A stretch of DNA of 64,000 nucleotides from an uncultured SAR86 cluster bacterium (GTDB lineage: Bacteria > Pseudomonadota > Gammaproteobacteria > Magnimaribacterales > D2472): the NCBI GenBank assembly GCA_902622845.1, contig CACNRI010000002.1, forward strand, positions 196,398 to 260,397. Reading direction: 5' to 3'. This document shows, piece after piece, positions 1 to 9,304 of the stretch (within the stretch, counting starts at the first letter, position 1; each line of letters starts with the position of its first letter). Made by a program: the position numbers and the translations under genes. A model generated the notes under the pieces. The model was not told the DNA's origin. It did no database searches and was given only the letters and a program-made list of their open reading frames with translations.

Positions 1-479
1 TTAGCATTCACGGATATTTCTCCTTGAGCAATAATTTGACCACCATCTAAAACTTCATTTACAAAATGGATCGTTATACCATGCTTTAGATCTCCATTCT
101 TTACAACTGAATTATGAGTATCCAGACCAGGGTATTTTGGTAATAGAGAAGGGTGTATGTTGATGATCTTATTTTTAAATGCTTCGGTCATTACAGAAGT
201 TAATATTCTCATAAATCCAGCAAGGACAATCAAATCAGGATTAGAATCTTTCAATTCTTCCACAAGAGCTTGATCAAAATCTTCTCGAGTCTCAAATCTA
301 TTGTTATCAATAATCTTGTAATTTATAAAATGGTTTTTTGCTCTTTGAATGCCATATGCATCCGGATTGTTGCTAATAACAATATCAATAGATCCATTGA
401 TAACATTCTTTTTGCAAGCATCAATGAGTGCTTCAAGATTTGATCCATTCCCTGAGATTAAAACAGCTATCTTGAACAT
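1..479 (-). CDS. purN: Phosphoribosylglycinamide formyltransferase (partial; 3' end runs off window start)
   Basis: Not in the ORF track. Manual translation from ATG at 479 gives MFKIAVLISGNGSNLEALI...LAGFMRIL...NIHPSLLPKYPGLDTH...HFVNEVLDGGQII; ATGA overlap with the purM stop. Confidence 0.97.
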   Translation of the reverse strand, partial: MFKIAVLISGNGSNLEALIDACKKNVINGSIDIVISNNPDAYGIQRAKNHFINYKIIDNNRFETREDFDQALVEELKDSNPDLIVLAGFMRILTSVMTEAFKNKIINIHPSLLPKYPGLDTHNSVVKNGDLKHGITIHFVNEVLDGGQIIAQGEISVNA

Positions 480-1492
480 CAAATAAAAGTTATTGCTGAT
501 GAGGATTTTTTTATAACTTTCCCAATCATGAAGCCTTTAAATTTATGCTTGGAAAGTACTTTTATAGTGGAATCTAACTCCCTAGGTTCAATAATAACAG
601 TCATTCCAATTCCACAATTAAAAATTCTCAACATATCACTCATTTCAATTTCTCCCAATTTTTGAAGAGTTGCAAAGAATTTTGGCATTTTCCAATTTTT
701 CAGATATATTTCAGACGATAGAGTATTAGGAATTGATCTAGGAATATTTTCCGTGAGACCGCCTCCAGTAATATTAGCAATCGACTTCACTTTAACTTTC
801 TTCACTAAATCCAAAATTACATTTGTATATAAATGAGTAGGCTTTAAAGCAAGCTTAATTAATTTCTCTTTTTCACTCTTACTTAATTTTGATTCCTTAA
901 TTAATTTATTGATCAAAGAGTAACCGTTAGAATGAGCTCCGCTAGATTCAATCCCGATAATGATATTATTTTTTTTAACTTTTGAGGTGTCAATAATCAG
1001 TTTTTTTTCAACAATACCGACTGAAAATCCAGCTAAATCAAAATTTTTGCCTATATAGTGATTGGGCATTTCTGCAGTCTCGCCACCAATAAGCGAACAA
1101 TTGGTTTTTTTGCATGCTTTAGCAATGCCCTTTATAACTGTTGCTGTTTCAGTAACATTAAGTTTTGAGGAAGCAAAATAATCCAGAAAAAATAGCGGAT
1201 GTGCTCCAGAAGTGACCATATCATTTACACACATTGCGACTAAATCTTGCCCAATAGTTCCCATTGAAGAATTCTTTTGGGCTAGGGCGACTTTAGTGCC
1301 AACTCCATCAGTGCAAGCAACAAGAACTGGATTTTTAAAACCTTTAGGAAGAGAATAAAAACCTGAAAAGCTACCAATCCCGCCCAATACATTTTTATCG
1401 AAAGTACTAGCTACATCTTTTCTAATTTTGTCTACTAAATCATTTCCTGCTTTTATATCAACGCCAGCTTTCTTATAGGGATCGTTTTTCAT
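479..1492 (-). CDS. purM: Phosphoribosylformylglycinamidine cyclo-ligase (AIR synthase)
   Basis: YKKAGVDI, TDGVGTK, GGETAEMP, SSGAHSNGYSL, FNCGIGM motifs; adjacent to purN. Confidence 0.98.
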   Translation of the reverse strand: MKNDPYKKAGVDIKAGNDLVDKIRKDVASTFDKNVLGGIGSFSGFYSLPKGFKNPVLVACTDGVGTKVALAQKNSSMGTIGQDLVAMCVNDMVTSGAHPLFFLDYFASSKLNVTETATVIKGIAKACKKTNCSLIGGETAEMPNHYIGKNFDLAGFSVGIVEKKLIIDTSKVKKNNIIIGIESSGAHSNGYSLINKLIKESKLSKSEKEKLIKLALKPTHLYTNVILDLVKKVKVKSIANITGGGLTENIPRSIPNTLSSEIYLKNWKMPKFFATLQKLGEIEMSDMLRIFNCGIGMTVIIEPRELDSTIKVLSKHKFKGFMIGKVIKKSSSAITFI

Positions 1493-1520
1493 TATTGCTC
1501 TAGTACCTTAAAATAAATAT

Positions 1521-2516
1521 ATGAAGATGGCCATTCTAAAAAGTGTTTTCCTACTCATTATCTTTTCTAATGATATTTTTGCAAAGGATTTTGATGATCT
1601 TTTTAAAATTAGTATAGAAATAAAGAATGAGAACATAGAAAATTCCATTGACCGAGCATTTAATGACCTTGTTTTTAGACTCATAGGTTATGAGGATCTT
1701 GAAACAGCAAAAATTATTAGAGACAACTTTGATTCAAAAGATTTTCTCAGAAGATATGCTGTTGTAAGAAATAATGATGGTAACTTTCTTCAAGCTTCAT
1801 TTGAAGAGGACATTGTAATGAGTCAATTTATTGAAAATGGTATTAGTTTTATTGGAAGAAATAGACCAATTATTTTTTTAGACATCCAAATTGACAATGG
1901 CTTTGATAAACCCTTCAAAATAGAGTCAATACCTTATGAAACAAGTTTAGAATCATCAATAAAAAGAATTTTTGATGATATTTCAGAAAAACGAGGACTT
2001 TTCTTTGAATTTCCTCAAAACACAATAAATCTAGATGATAAAAATTACTTTTTTGATAACGAAAACGACAATGACTTCGATCAATATAAGTATGATTATC
2101 TTGAATCATTAATTATTTCAAGATCCGGAATCAATAATTGGTCAATTAGTTATAAAGACCAGATAGCATTTTTTGAAAACATTGATGAAATTACCGAAAG
2201 GATTAGATTTTTATTCGAGAATTTATCTGTAGATTACCTTAGTGACTTTGTTTTGGATAACTCAGAAAGGAAGTTGATGATGACGGTTACTAAAGTTTCT
2301 TCAGCTGAACATTTAGATAATCTTTTAGAAGCTCTAGATAAAATGATTTCTATTAAAGAATACTCAATTAAATCATTTCAGCAGGATGAAATATCCTTTT
2401 CTTTAACAATTTTTGGGACGGAAGATCAATTCAAGAAGTCCGTTCAAACACATAAAGATTTTTCAATCGAAAGCACCGCAACAGAAAAAATTCAGGCATC
2501 ACTAAATTCAATATGA
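1521..2516 (+). CDS. DUF2066-like periplasmic protein
   Basis: Signal peptide; position divergent from purM and upstream of a CDP-alcohol transferase and hda matches the usual gammaproteobacterial DUF2066 slot. Sequence is divergent. Confidence 0.6.
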   Translation: MKMAILKSVFLLIIFSNDIFAKDFDDLFKISIEIKNENIENSIDRAFNDLVFRLIGYEDLETAKIIRDNFDSKDFLRRYAVVRNNDGNFLQASFEEDIVMSQFIENGISFIGRNRPIIFLDIQIDNGFDKPFKIESIPYETSLESSIKRIFDDISEKRGLFFEFPQNTINLDDKNYFFDNENDNDFDQYKYDYLESLIISRSGINNWSISYKDQIAFFENIDEITERIRFLFENLSVDYLSDFVLDNSERKLMMTVTKVSSAEHLDNLLEALDKMISIKEYSIKSFQQDEISFSLTIFGTEDQFKKSVQTHKDFSIESTATEKIQASLNSI

Positions 2517-3061
2517 AGCATTATTTAAGATTTATACCTAACCTTATTTCTTTAGTAAGAATATCTTTGGTCATTCCAACAGTTCTTAATCTTCTTGCCG
2601 GGAAATATATTTTTGCATTGATTTTATTTGCCATTGCATCAATTTCAGATGCCATCGATGGTTTTCTAGCTAGATTTTTTAAATGGCAAACAGATTTAGG
2701 AAAAATCTTGGACCCAGTTGCTGACAAGCTTCTTATGATTGGCTCAATAACTGCACTTTGGTTGAATCAAATTGTTCCTCTATCAGTTTTTGTAATTTTT
2801 GTTCTTAGAGACCTGCTTATTCTTCTTGGTGCAGCATTCGAGATGTCAATTACGGAAAAAACTCCATCTCCAAATTTAATTGGAAAGATAACCACAACCT
2901 CTCAAATAATCTATATTTTAGGTTTGATAATCTTTGAAATCTTCAATGTGGATACAAATCCCCTGTTTTTCCACATTTTAATAGGCTTTATTACATTATT
3001 TAGCCTTATAAGTTATTTCAGATGGTGGTTTAAAAATAATTTCATAAATCAAAATGCCTAA
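2513..3061 (+). CDS. CDP-alcohol phosphatidyltransferase (PgsA-like)
   Basis: PNLISLVRI start; DAIDGFLAR-x8-GKILDPVADK signature; multiple TM segments. Confidence 0.9.
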   Translation: MKHYLRFIPNLISLVRISLVIPTVLNLLAGKYIFALILFAIASISDAIDGFLARFFKWQTDLGKILDPVADKLLMIGSITALWLNQIVPLSVFVIFVLRDLLILLGAAFEMSITEKTPSPNLIGKITTTSQIIYILGLIIFEIFNVDTNPLFFHILIGFITLFSLISYFRWWFKNNFINQNA

Positions 3062-3749
3062 TCCTCGCCAACTTGCTCTTCAAATTCAAATTAATGAAAG
3101 AGCATCTTTGAATAATTTCTTTGTTTCTAAAAACAATAATAAAACTATCCAAATCCTTAAAGATCTACTCAACTCGAATAACGGGGCTCAGATATTTATA
3201 GACGATCTAGGCAGTAATGGAAAAAGCTACTTGCTTCAGGCTATTTGCAATGATTTTTCTAATTCTAATAATTCATCAATTTATATCCCTATGCACGAAG
3301 TAATAAATCTTGATCCTTCAATACTTGAAGGGGTAGGCGAACTTAATTTAATTTGTATTGATGATGTAGATCTTATAAGTAAACGAAGAGAGTGGGAGAT
3401 TGCACTTTTTAATCTCATTAATGAATGCTATGAAAAAGAGTGCCTTCTTTTATTATCAGGTAGCATTAATAAGCTTGAGGCAATTCCTGATCTTGTCTCT
3501 AGGATAAAAAAAATGGAAATATTAAGATTAGAGGCTATAAACGATGATGAGTTGTTAGAAGCAACCCAAGCAATCTCTAAAAATCTTAATATAAAAATTT
3601 CTGATAAAAATTTGAATTATCTTATGAATAATTCTAGAAGAGATATTAAAACTATATTCAGGACTCTATCTCAGCTTGAGAAAGAGTCCCTAGAAAGAAA
3701 AAAATCTATAGGTCTAAATCTTATAAAAGAAGTTATTCGAAGTTCTTAA
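3054..3749 (+). CDS. hda: DnaA regulatory inactivator Hda
   Basis: N-terminal QLALQI clamp-binding-like motif; degenerate Walker A (GSNGKS); ICIDDVD, WEIALFNLINE, PDLVSR; synteny with purM. Confidence 0.9.
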   Translation: MPNPRQLALQIQINERASLNNFFVSKNNNKTIQILKDLLNSNNGAQIFIDDLGSNGKSYLLQAICNDFSNSNNSSIYIPMHEVINLDPSILEGVGELNLICIDDVDLISKRREWEIALFNLINECYEKECLLLLSGSINKLEAIPDLVSRIKKMEILRLEAINDDELLEATQAISKNLNIKISDKNLNYLMNNSRRDIKTIFRTLSQLEKESLERKKSIGLNLIKEVIRSS

Positions 3750-5577
3750 AGCCACAATCAAAACAATAGGCCACTATATATCTATCTTCACCTGATAAGA
3801 GCATCCTATTGAGACCACTAATTTCATTCAATAAATCCTGAATCTGAGAGGGGAGTTTACTTTGAATTAGTAAATTAAAATCGAACTCAAACTCAACTTC
3901 AGTATTGTACGAAAAGACTTTATAGTCCTCTAATTCAAGTTTTGTTACCATAGAGTCAATTGCATCATCTAGTGAGCCCAATTTATCGACTAAACCTAGT
4001 TCAAGAGCAGTATCGCCTCGCCATATTCTCCCACCAGCAAATTTGAGGACTTCTGAGTATTCCATCTTTCTATTTTCAGCTACCTTGGTAACAAACTCTT
4101 TGTAGAAGTTCTCTGTATTTTCTCTGAATTGCTTATTAAGCTCTTCATTCATTCCTCTACTTAAATCATAAATATCACCAGCCTTTGTCATGCTCACGCC
4201 GTCATAGTTGATACCAGCCCAATTCTCAAGGGGGCTTACATCAGGAACAATACTATATACTCCAATTGAGCCAGTAAGCGTTGTATCTTCAGCCCATATT
4301 TCTTCTGAAGTTGTTGTTACCCATACGCCGCCTGATGCAGCAATATCACCCATAGATGTAAATACAGGTCTTCCAGTAGATTGAAATTCCTCTAGAGCAT
4401 TCGTAATCATCGAAGAAGCATAAACATCACCGCCAGGGCTATTAACTCTTAAGATAATTCCTTTTACATTTTTATCATCTCTGGCTTTATTAATATTTTT
4501 AACGATACCTCCAGAACCAGCGGTATTGAAGTCTATTCCACCTGTAACAATTGCTCCCTCAACATGGATAACAGCAATCTTATTTTTATCCTGAGCTCTT
4601 TGTTGTTTTTTACTAATTTTTTCATCTTCCAGAGTTGAAAGATACTCTCTACCAGTTATTCCCTCAGGCCACTCATAATCATCATCGCTGCCAAACTTTT
4701 CAATCATATAGTTTCTAATCTCTTGTTTTGTCATTAATTTATCAACTAAGCCAACTGCTAGAGCAGTTTCATTATCATCGCCACCATTCTCAGTTGCTAG
4801 CAAGTGATAATTATCTCCAATATATTGAATAGTTCCTGAGTCAAAACCTCTGCCTTTTTCCATCATAGCTTTATACTTTTCCCAAACTGGAGTAATAAAC
4901 TCTACCCACGCTAGCCTATCTGTTTCAGACATATCATTTCTGGTAAAACCTTCAGGACCAGACTTAAAATCACCAGCAGCATATACATTCATATCAACTT
5001 TAATATTTTCAAAAAAATCTTTTTGATATTGCCTTACTCTGCTAAAACCAAAGGGCAAAACAGATCCGTATGCATCTTTTTCAAGAATTACCTCATTAGC
5101 TTGAGAGGCTATAAGATAGTTTGTTGTTCCTAACCCACTGGTATAAGCAATTATTTCTTTTCCATTCTCTCTAGCTTTATACAAAGCATCTGCAATCTTT
5201 AATGCAGAAGTGAAATAAGCACTTAAGCCATCAACATCAAGATAAATAGCTTTAAGATCATCATCAGTTCCAGCATTATTGATAACTTTTAAGATATTTT
5301 CTAACTCGATTTGGTTTGTGGAGCTTCCGAAAATTTCAAATTCTTCAAATAAATCATTTCTATTTATTGCCTTATCTACAATTACTCCATTAGGTTCAAG
5401 ATAGAGGATTTGATCTTCTGTTTCTATTTCATCAGATTCAAACAAAGAACCTAAACTGCCAAAAATACCCAAAGTGATGAGCATTAAAAGAAGAACTGTA
5501 AAAATATTTAGAAACACTTTTCTAAATTTTCCAAGAAGATTGTCTACAAATGTGATTATACTTTTAGCTTTTTCCAT
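3733..5577 (-). CDS. sppA: Signal peptide peptidase SppA (67 kDa type, S49)
   Basis: N-terminal TM; AGDFKSGPE (catalytic Lys region), LRVNSPGG, MGDIAASGG, TLTGSIGV, GRIWRG. Confidence 0.93.
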   Translation of the reverse strand: MEKAKSIITFVDNLLGKFRKVFLNIFTVLLLMLITLGIFGSLGSLFESDEIETEDQILYLEPNGVIVDKAINRNDLFEEFEIFGSSTNQIELENILKVINNAGTDDDLKAIYLDVDGLSAYFTSALKIADALYKARENGKEIIAYTSGLGTTNYLIASQANEVILEKDAYGSVLPFGFSRVRQYQKDFFENIKVDMNVYAAGDFKSGPEGFTRNDMSETDRLAWVEFITPVWEKYKAMMEKGRGFDSGTIQYIGDNYHLLATENGGDDNETALAVGLVDKLMTKQEIRNYMIEKFGSDDDYEWPEGITGREYLSTLEDEKISKKQQRAQDKNKIAVIHVEGAIVTGGIDFNTAGSGGIVKNINKARDDKNVKGIILRVNSPGGDVYASSMITNALEEFQSTGRPVFTSMGDIAASGGVWVTTTSEEIWAEDTTLTGSIGVYSIVPDVSPLENWAGINYDGVSMTKAGDIYDLSRGMNEELNKQFRENTENFYKEFVTKVAENRKMEYSEVLKFAGGRIWRGDTALELGLVDKLGSLDDAIDSMVTKLELEDYKVFSYNTEVEFEFDFNLLIQSKLPSQIQDLLNEISGLNRMLLSGEDRYIVAYCFDCGFKNFE

Positions 5578-5585
5578 AATTTATC

Positions 5586-5789
5586 CTATTTATTAAAGTT
5601 ATTTGTTGAAAAAATTTGTTCAACAGAAGTGTTAAAAAATTTACCCAGCTTGAGTGCCAATGGCAAACTCGGGTCAAATTTACCATTTTCAATTGAATTA
5701 ATTGTTTGTCTACTAACGTCTACAGAACTGCCAAGATCTGCCTGACTTAAACCCATTTGCTCTCTTAATTGTTTGATTGAATTATCCAT
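5586..5789 (-). CDS. XRE-family helix-turn-helix transcriptional regulator
   Basis: LSQADLGSSVDVSRQTINSIENGKFDPSLPLALKL is a classic small XRE/Cro HTH. Confidence 0.93.
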   Translation of the reverse strand: MDNSIKQLREQMGLSQADLGSSVDVSRQTINSIENGKFDPSLPLALKLGKFFNTSVEQIFSTNNFNK

Positions 5790-6241
5790 TAATCAATAAA
5801 TTTATTATGGAATCTATATCCACCAATAATTGTCCCAAGGACAAAGCCAATAAAATACTCGTAAAAAGTTACTTGATAATCAGTATATGGAGACAGTAGA
5901 GAGATAAGAAAACCAACAAAAAGAAAGCCGATAGCTCCATTGCTAAGTACAAATTCATTATATCTATTGAGAAATTCATCTTGTGTTGCATAAAATTCTT
6001 TGTATAACCATGCAGCTATTAGCATAAAAGTTAGTGATAAGACTCTAACGATAACTAAAACTGGTGATGGTGAAACTTCCTCACTTACTTCAAAGCCAAA
6101 TCCACCTACTGCAGTTAGATGAACGCCAAAAAGAAGAGCTCCTGCAAAGAGAAAGACATTACATAGTATGTATTTGCTTTTTGCATCTTTATCTAAAGAT
6201 TTAAGCTCTATCCAATTTCCTTTATGGGTAATCTTGGCCAT
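5789..6241 (-). CDS. Hypothetical membrane protein translationally coupled to the XRE regulator
   Basis: 150 aa with about 4 hydrophobic segments; stop overlaps the XRE ATG at 5789. Confidence 0.75.
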   Translation of the reverse strand: MAKITHKGNWIELKSLDKDAKSKYILCNVFLFAGALLFGVHLTAVGGFGFEVSEEVSPSPVLVIVRVLSLTFMLIAAWLYKEFYATQDEFLNRYNEFVLSNGAIGFLFVGFLISLLSPYTDYQVTFYEYFIGFVLGTIIGGYRFHNKFID

Positions 6242-6257
6242 ATGAAAGAATTAAATA

Positions 6258-6341
6258 TTAAATTAAGCTAATTAAAAGTGGTAAAAACTTCAATGCAAGT
6301 GCAGAGAAGCACCATATAGTTAGGGTTATTAAAATAAACAT
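6258..6341 (-). CDS. Putative 27-aa hydrophobic small peptide (MFILITLTIWCFSALALKFLPLLISLI)
   Basis: Manual translation; ATG lies 6 nt after a TAACAT -10 box. Could be a chance ORF in AT-rich DNA. Confidence 0.35.
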   Translation of the reverse strand: MFILITLTIWCFSALALKFLPLLISLI

Positions 6342-6347
6342 GTAGCT

Positions 6348-6377
6348 ATGTTATGTCAAGTCTGCTTGACATGTCAA
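6348..6377 (-). promoter_or_regulatory. Sigma70-type promoter with palindromic operator (ATGTCAAG-TCTG-CTTGACAT, 6353-6372) between -35 and -10
   Basis: Perfect 8-bp inverted repeat with 4-nt spacer; minus-strand TTGACA (6377-6372), 18 nt, TAACAT (6353-6348). Confidence 0.7.
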
Positions 6378-6706
6378 TTGCTATTTATATTTTTTGGTCC
6401 ATATAAAGCATTAACAAAAGCTATTGTAACTAAGACAAGTTCAGTAATATCAAAAGGTAATGGATTTGGAACACCAAAAACTCGTAAGCAAGAGAACATG
6501 AAATAAAGCAAGAGTATAAATGCATAGGATTGGTAGCTTCTAATTGACTTTTTGTAGAGAAAAAAAGAAAAAGACAAAAGAGGAATTGCCCAAAAACCAA
6601 ATATTAATAGGGGCAGTTTATACAAGATTAAGATTACAAGTTTGTTAACAATTAAGAGAAAAATTATAAATAAGCTAGAAGAAGGGTATTGAAAAAAGCT
6701 AAACAT
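6374..6706 (-). CDS. DUF2069-like membrane protein
   Basis: Four TM segments; RSYQSYAFILLLYF matches the family pattern; position near hda and tlpA. Confidence 0.7.
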   Translation of the reverse strand: MFSFFQYPSSSLFIIFLLIVNKLVILILYKLPLLIFGFWAIPLLSFSFFLYKKSIRSYQSYAFILLLYFMFSCLRVFGVPNPLPFDITELVLVTIAFVNALYGPKNINSN

Positions 6707-6723
6707 GTCTCAAAATAGGTTTG

Positions 6724-7176
6724 ATGCAAAATTTTATAAAAATATTACCACTTTTTATACTCTTTTATTCTTGTAGTTCAGGCGATATCCATTTTAATAA
6801 AGCAAATAGTCAATTCAAGAATGATCTTGATGAAAGCTGGATAGTTATTAATTATTGGGCCGACTGGTGTCCGCCATGTTTAAAGGAAATGCCAGAATTA
6901 GTAAATTTCGCACAATCTAATCCTGATATTGAAGTATTTGCATACAATTTTGATCGTCTTGAACCAGAATACTTAGATCCTTTAATATTAAGATTCGGTG
7001 TTGATATTCCATCTATAACTTCCCACCCAAGAGAGGTATGGGGCATAGAATCTCCAGCAATTTTACCTGCAACATATTTTATTAAACCAGGAGGGGAGGT
7101 TGTGCTAAGTCTTCTTACTCCTCAGACTGAGGCAAGTCTGCAGGAACATCTTGATAGTCTGCAAGGAGATTCATAG
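6724..7176 (+). CDS. TlpA-like thiol:disulfide oxidoreductase (possible lipoprotein)
   Basis: INYWADWCPPCLKEMP (CxxC), LPATYFI; possible lipobox FYSC. ORF track starts at TTG 6721. Confidence 0.88.
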   Translation: MQNFIKILPLFILFYSCSSGDIHFNKANSQFKNDLDESWIVINYWADWCPPCLKEMPELVNFAQSNPDIEVFAYNFDRLEPEYLDPLILRFGVDIPSITSHPREVWGIESPAILPATYFIKPGGEVVLSLLTPQTEASLQEHLDSLQGDS

Positions 7177-7933
7177 GGAAATCTTTGTTTAATACGATTT
7201 CTGGATTGATTCGATTTCCATTCATGTAAATTACCCAATGTAGGTGAGGACCGGTGACTCTTCCAGTAGAGCCAATTTCACCAATTAAGTCACCTTTTTT
7301 TACGAAATCTCCAACCGCTCTATGACTTTTACTCATATGGCTATAGGAAGTAAAAACATTACTTCCATGATCTAAAACGATGATGTTGCCACTATAAAAA
7401 AAGTTTTCGACAAGAACTACTTTTGCATCCAAGGGTGCAACAATAGGGTCTCCATCAAACCCATCCAAGTCTAAGGCTAAATGAGGAGCTCTTGGAAGAT
7501 CGTTTATGAATCTCTTTTTACCAAAACCGCTAGTTACGGCTCCTTCAACTGGCCTTAAAAACCTCAAATCACTCAAAATAAAATTACTTTTCTTTGTAAG
7601 AACTGACTGTAATAATTTTCTCTCTTTAGCTGCTCGCTCTTGATCTGATGAGGATGGATTTACAAGACTATCATTCTCGATTGTGATTCTTGATTCTCCA
7701 TAATTTACTGGCAAAACTTTTATTTTTTTATCATTTATTTTAATTACCTTTTCTTCTAAGACATAAGGCATGCCAGCAATTACATAATTTTTTCCATCTA
7801 TTTCAAACAGAAGATAATCATTTGAAATATACTTGCCAGAAACAGGTAGTGCAAAAATACCTCCAGAATCTCCTTCGTATGCAGCAGCAAATATGGAGCT
7901 TGAGAATAAAAACAAGGCTAAAAATTTAAACAT
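7115..7933 (-). CDS. M23 family metallopeptidase
   Basis: HLALDL (HxxxD) and TGPHLHW (HxH) zinc motifs; follows xseA. Confidence 0.9.
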   Translation of the reverse strand: MFKFLALFLFSSSIFAAAYEGDSGGIFALPVSGKYISNDYLLFEIDGKNYVIAGMPYVLEEKVIKINDKKIKVLPVNYGESRITIENDSLVNPSSSDQERAAKERKLLQSVLTKKSNFILSDLRFLRPVEGAVTSGFGKKRFINDLPRAPHLALDLDGFDGDPIVAPLDAKVVLVENFFYSGNIIVLDHGSNVFTSYSHMSKSHRAVGDFVKKGDLIGEIGSTGRVTGPHLHWVIYMNGNRINPEIVLNKDFPMNLLADYQDVPADLPQSEE

Positions 7934-9287
7934 TCTTCTTTCCTACTTTAGCTTCAAAAGATCCCTTAGCTAACTTAGCAGTTATTTCTTCGCCTTCGTT
8001 AATTTGTGCAGAATCTTTAATTACATCTCCTTTTATATTAGTTATTAAAGAATATCCTCTATCAAGGACATTCTGAGGATTGATCGATTTTATAACTTTT
8101 TCATAAGTAACAAGTCTTGATTGAGATTTGCTTAGAAAAGCTTTAATTAAAGTTTTCAAAGATTGATGATTCTTTTGCAAAGCATTTTTGTTATCAAGAA
8201 TTAAATATTTAGGGTTTTCTATCATTAAAGAGTTTGTATTTTCTTTAAAGGACAATTTAGAGTCCGAGATTTTTTGCTTAACAAGCATTTTTATTTTTTC
8301 ATAAGTCGACATAAGAACTCTATATTGCTCTCTTATTGCATGGGCTGGATGTTTTAAGTGAGAGCTTTGATAATCAAGGGTTTGATTTTTATCTCTTAAG
8401 ATATTCTTGATACTAGACACCAAATCTTTTGATATTTCTGAAAGCTTTTCGATAAGATTAAAATTAAACTCACTTACAATTTCTGCAGCTGCAGTTGGAG
8501 TAGGGGCTCTGAGATCCGATACAAAATCAGCAATCGTAAAGTCTATTTCGTGGCCAACACCAGAAATTACAGGAATTTCAAAGCTAAATATCTCCCTAGC
8601 TAAATCTTCATTATTAAAACACCACAAATCTTCTATTGAACCTCCGCCTCTGCATAAAAGAACGCAATCAACCTTATTTGAAGAGTTGTTGTTATAATTT
8701 TGTATTCTTTTAAAGGCTTCAATAATTGTTTCGGATGCATTTTCACCTTGAACTGTTGCAGGACTTACTGAAATTTTCATACTTGGAGCTCTTCTTTCAA
8801 TCGTTGATAATATATCTTGTAACGCAGCAGTCGAAGTAGAAGTAATAACAGCAACATGTTTTGGTGCTTCAGGAATAGGAACTTTGTTTGCATCATCAAA
8901 GAGGCCTTCATCTTTTAGCTTGTTCTTAAGCTTTTCAAACTCTTGCATTAGATTTCCTTGGCCAGCAAGAATCATTTTCTTAGCAATAAGTTGATAATTA
9001 CCTCTTTGAACAAATAGGCTTATATTTCCTGAGACAATGCATTCATCACCATCTTTAGGATTGAAATTAAGACCCATGTTACTCCCTTTAAACATCGCAC
9101 ACTGAATTGAACCTTCATCATCTTTCAGAGAGAAATAAATATGACCAGATGCAGGCCTTGCTAAATTTGAAATTTCTCCAATAACTGAAACGGCAGGGAA
9201 GTTACTTTCTAGGAGGTATTTCGCAGATCTATTCAATTCCCCAACTGAGATTATTTCATTATTCTGCTCTACAATATCTTTGTCCAT
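7926..9287 (-). CDS. xseA: Exodeoxyribonuclease VII large subunit
   Basis: SVGELN, GEISN, SGHIYFSLKD, RGGGSIEDLW.FN, SGVGHEIDFTIADFVSDLRAPTPTAAAE. Start reassigned from 9449 to ATG 9287. Confidence 0.96.
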   Translation of the reverse strand: MDKDIVEQNNEIISVGELNRSAKYLLESNFPAVSVIGEISNLARPASGHIYFSLKDDEGSIQCAMFKGSNMGLNFNPKDGDECIVSGNISLFVQRGNYQLIAKKMILAGQGNLMQEFEKLKNKLKDEGLFDDANKVPIPEAPKHVAVITSTSTAALQDILSTIERRAPSMKISVSPATVQGENASETIIEAFKRIQNYNNNSSNKVDCVLLCRGGGSIEDLWCFNNEDLAREIFSFEIPVISGVGHEIDFTIADFVSDLRAPTPTAAAEIVSEFNFNLIEKLSEISKDLVSSIKNILRDKNQTLDYQSSHLKHPAHAIREQYRVLMSTYEKIKMLVKQKISDSKLSFKENTNSLMIENPKYLILDNKNALQKNHQSLKTLIKAFLSKSQSRLVTYEKVIKSINPQNVLDRGYSLITNIKGDVIKDSAQINEGEEITAKLAKGSFEAKVGKKNV

Positions 9288-9304
9288 GAACAGAGTATAG
9301 CTAG

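Noticed and set aside
3177-3240. Degenerate Walker A in hda as evidence of a pseudogene
   Set aside because: Hda proteins commonly have non-canonical P-loops, and the frame, clamp-binding motif and sensor residues are intact.
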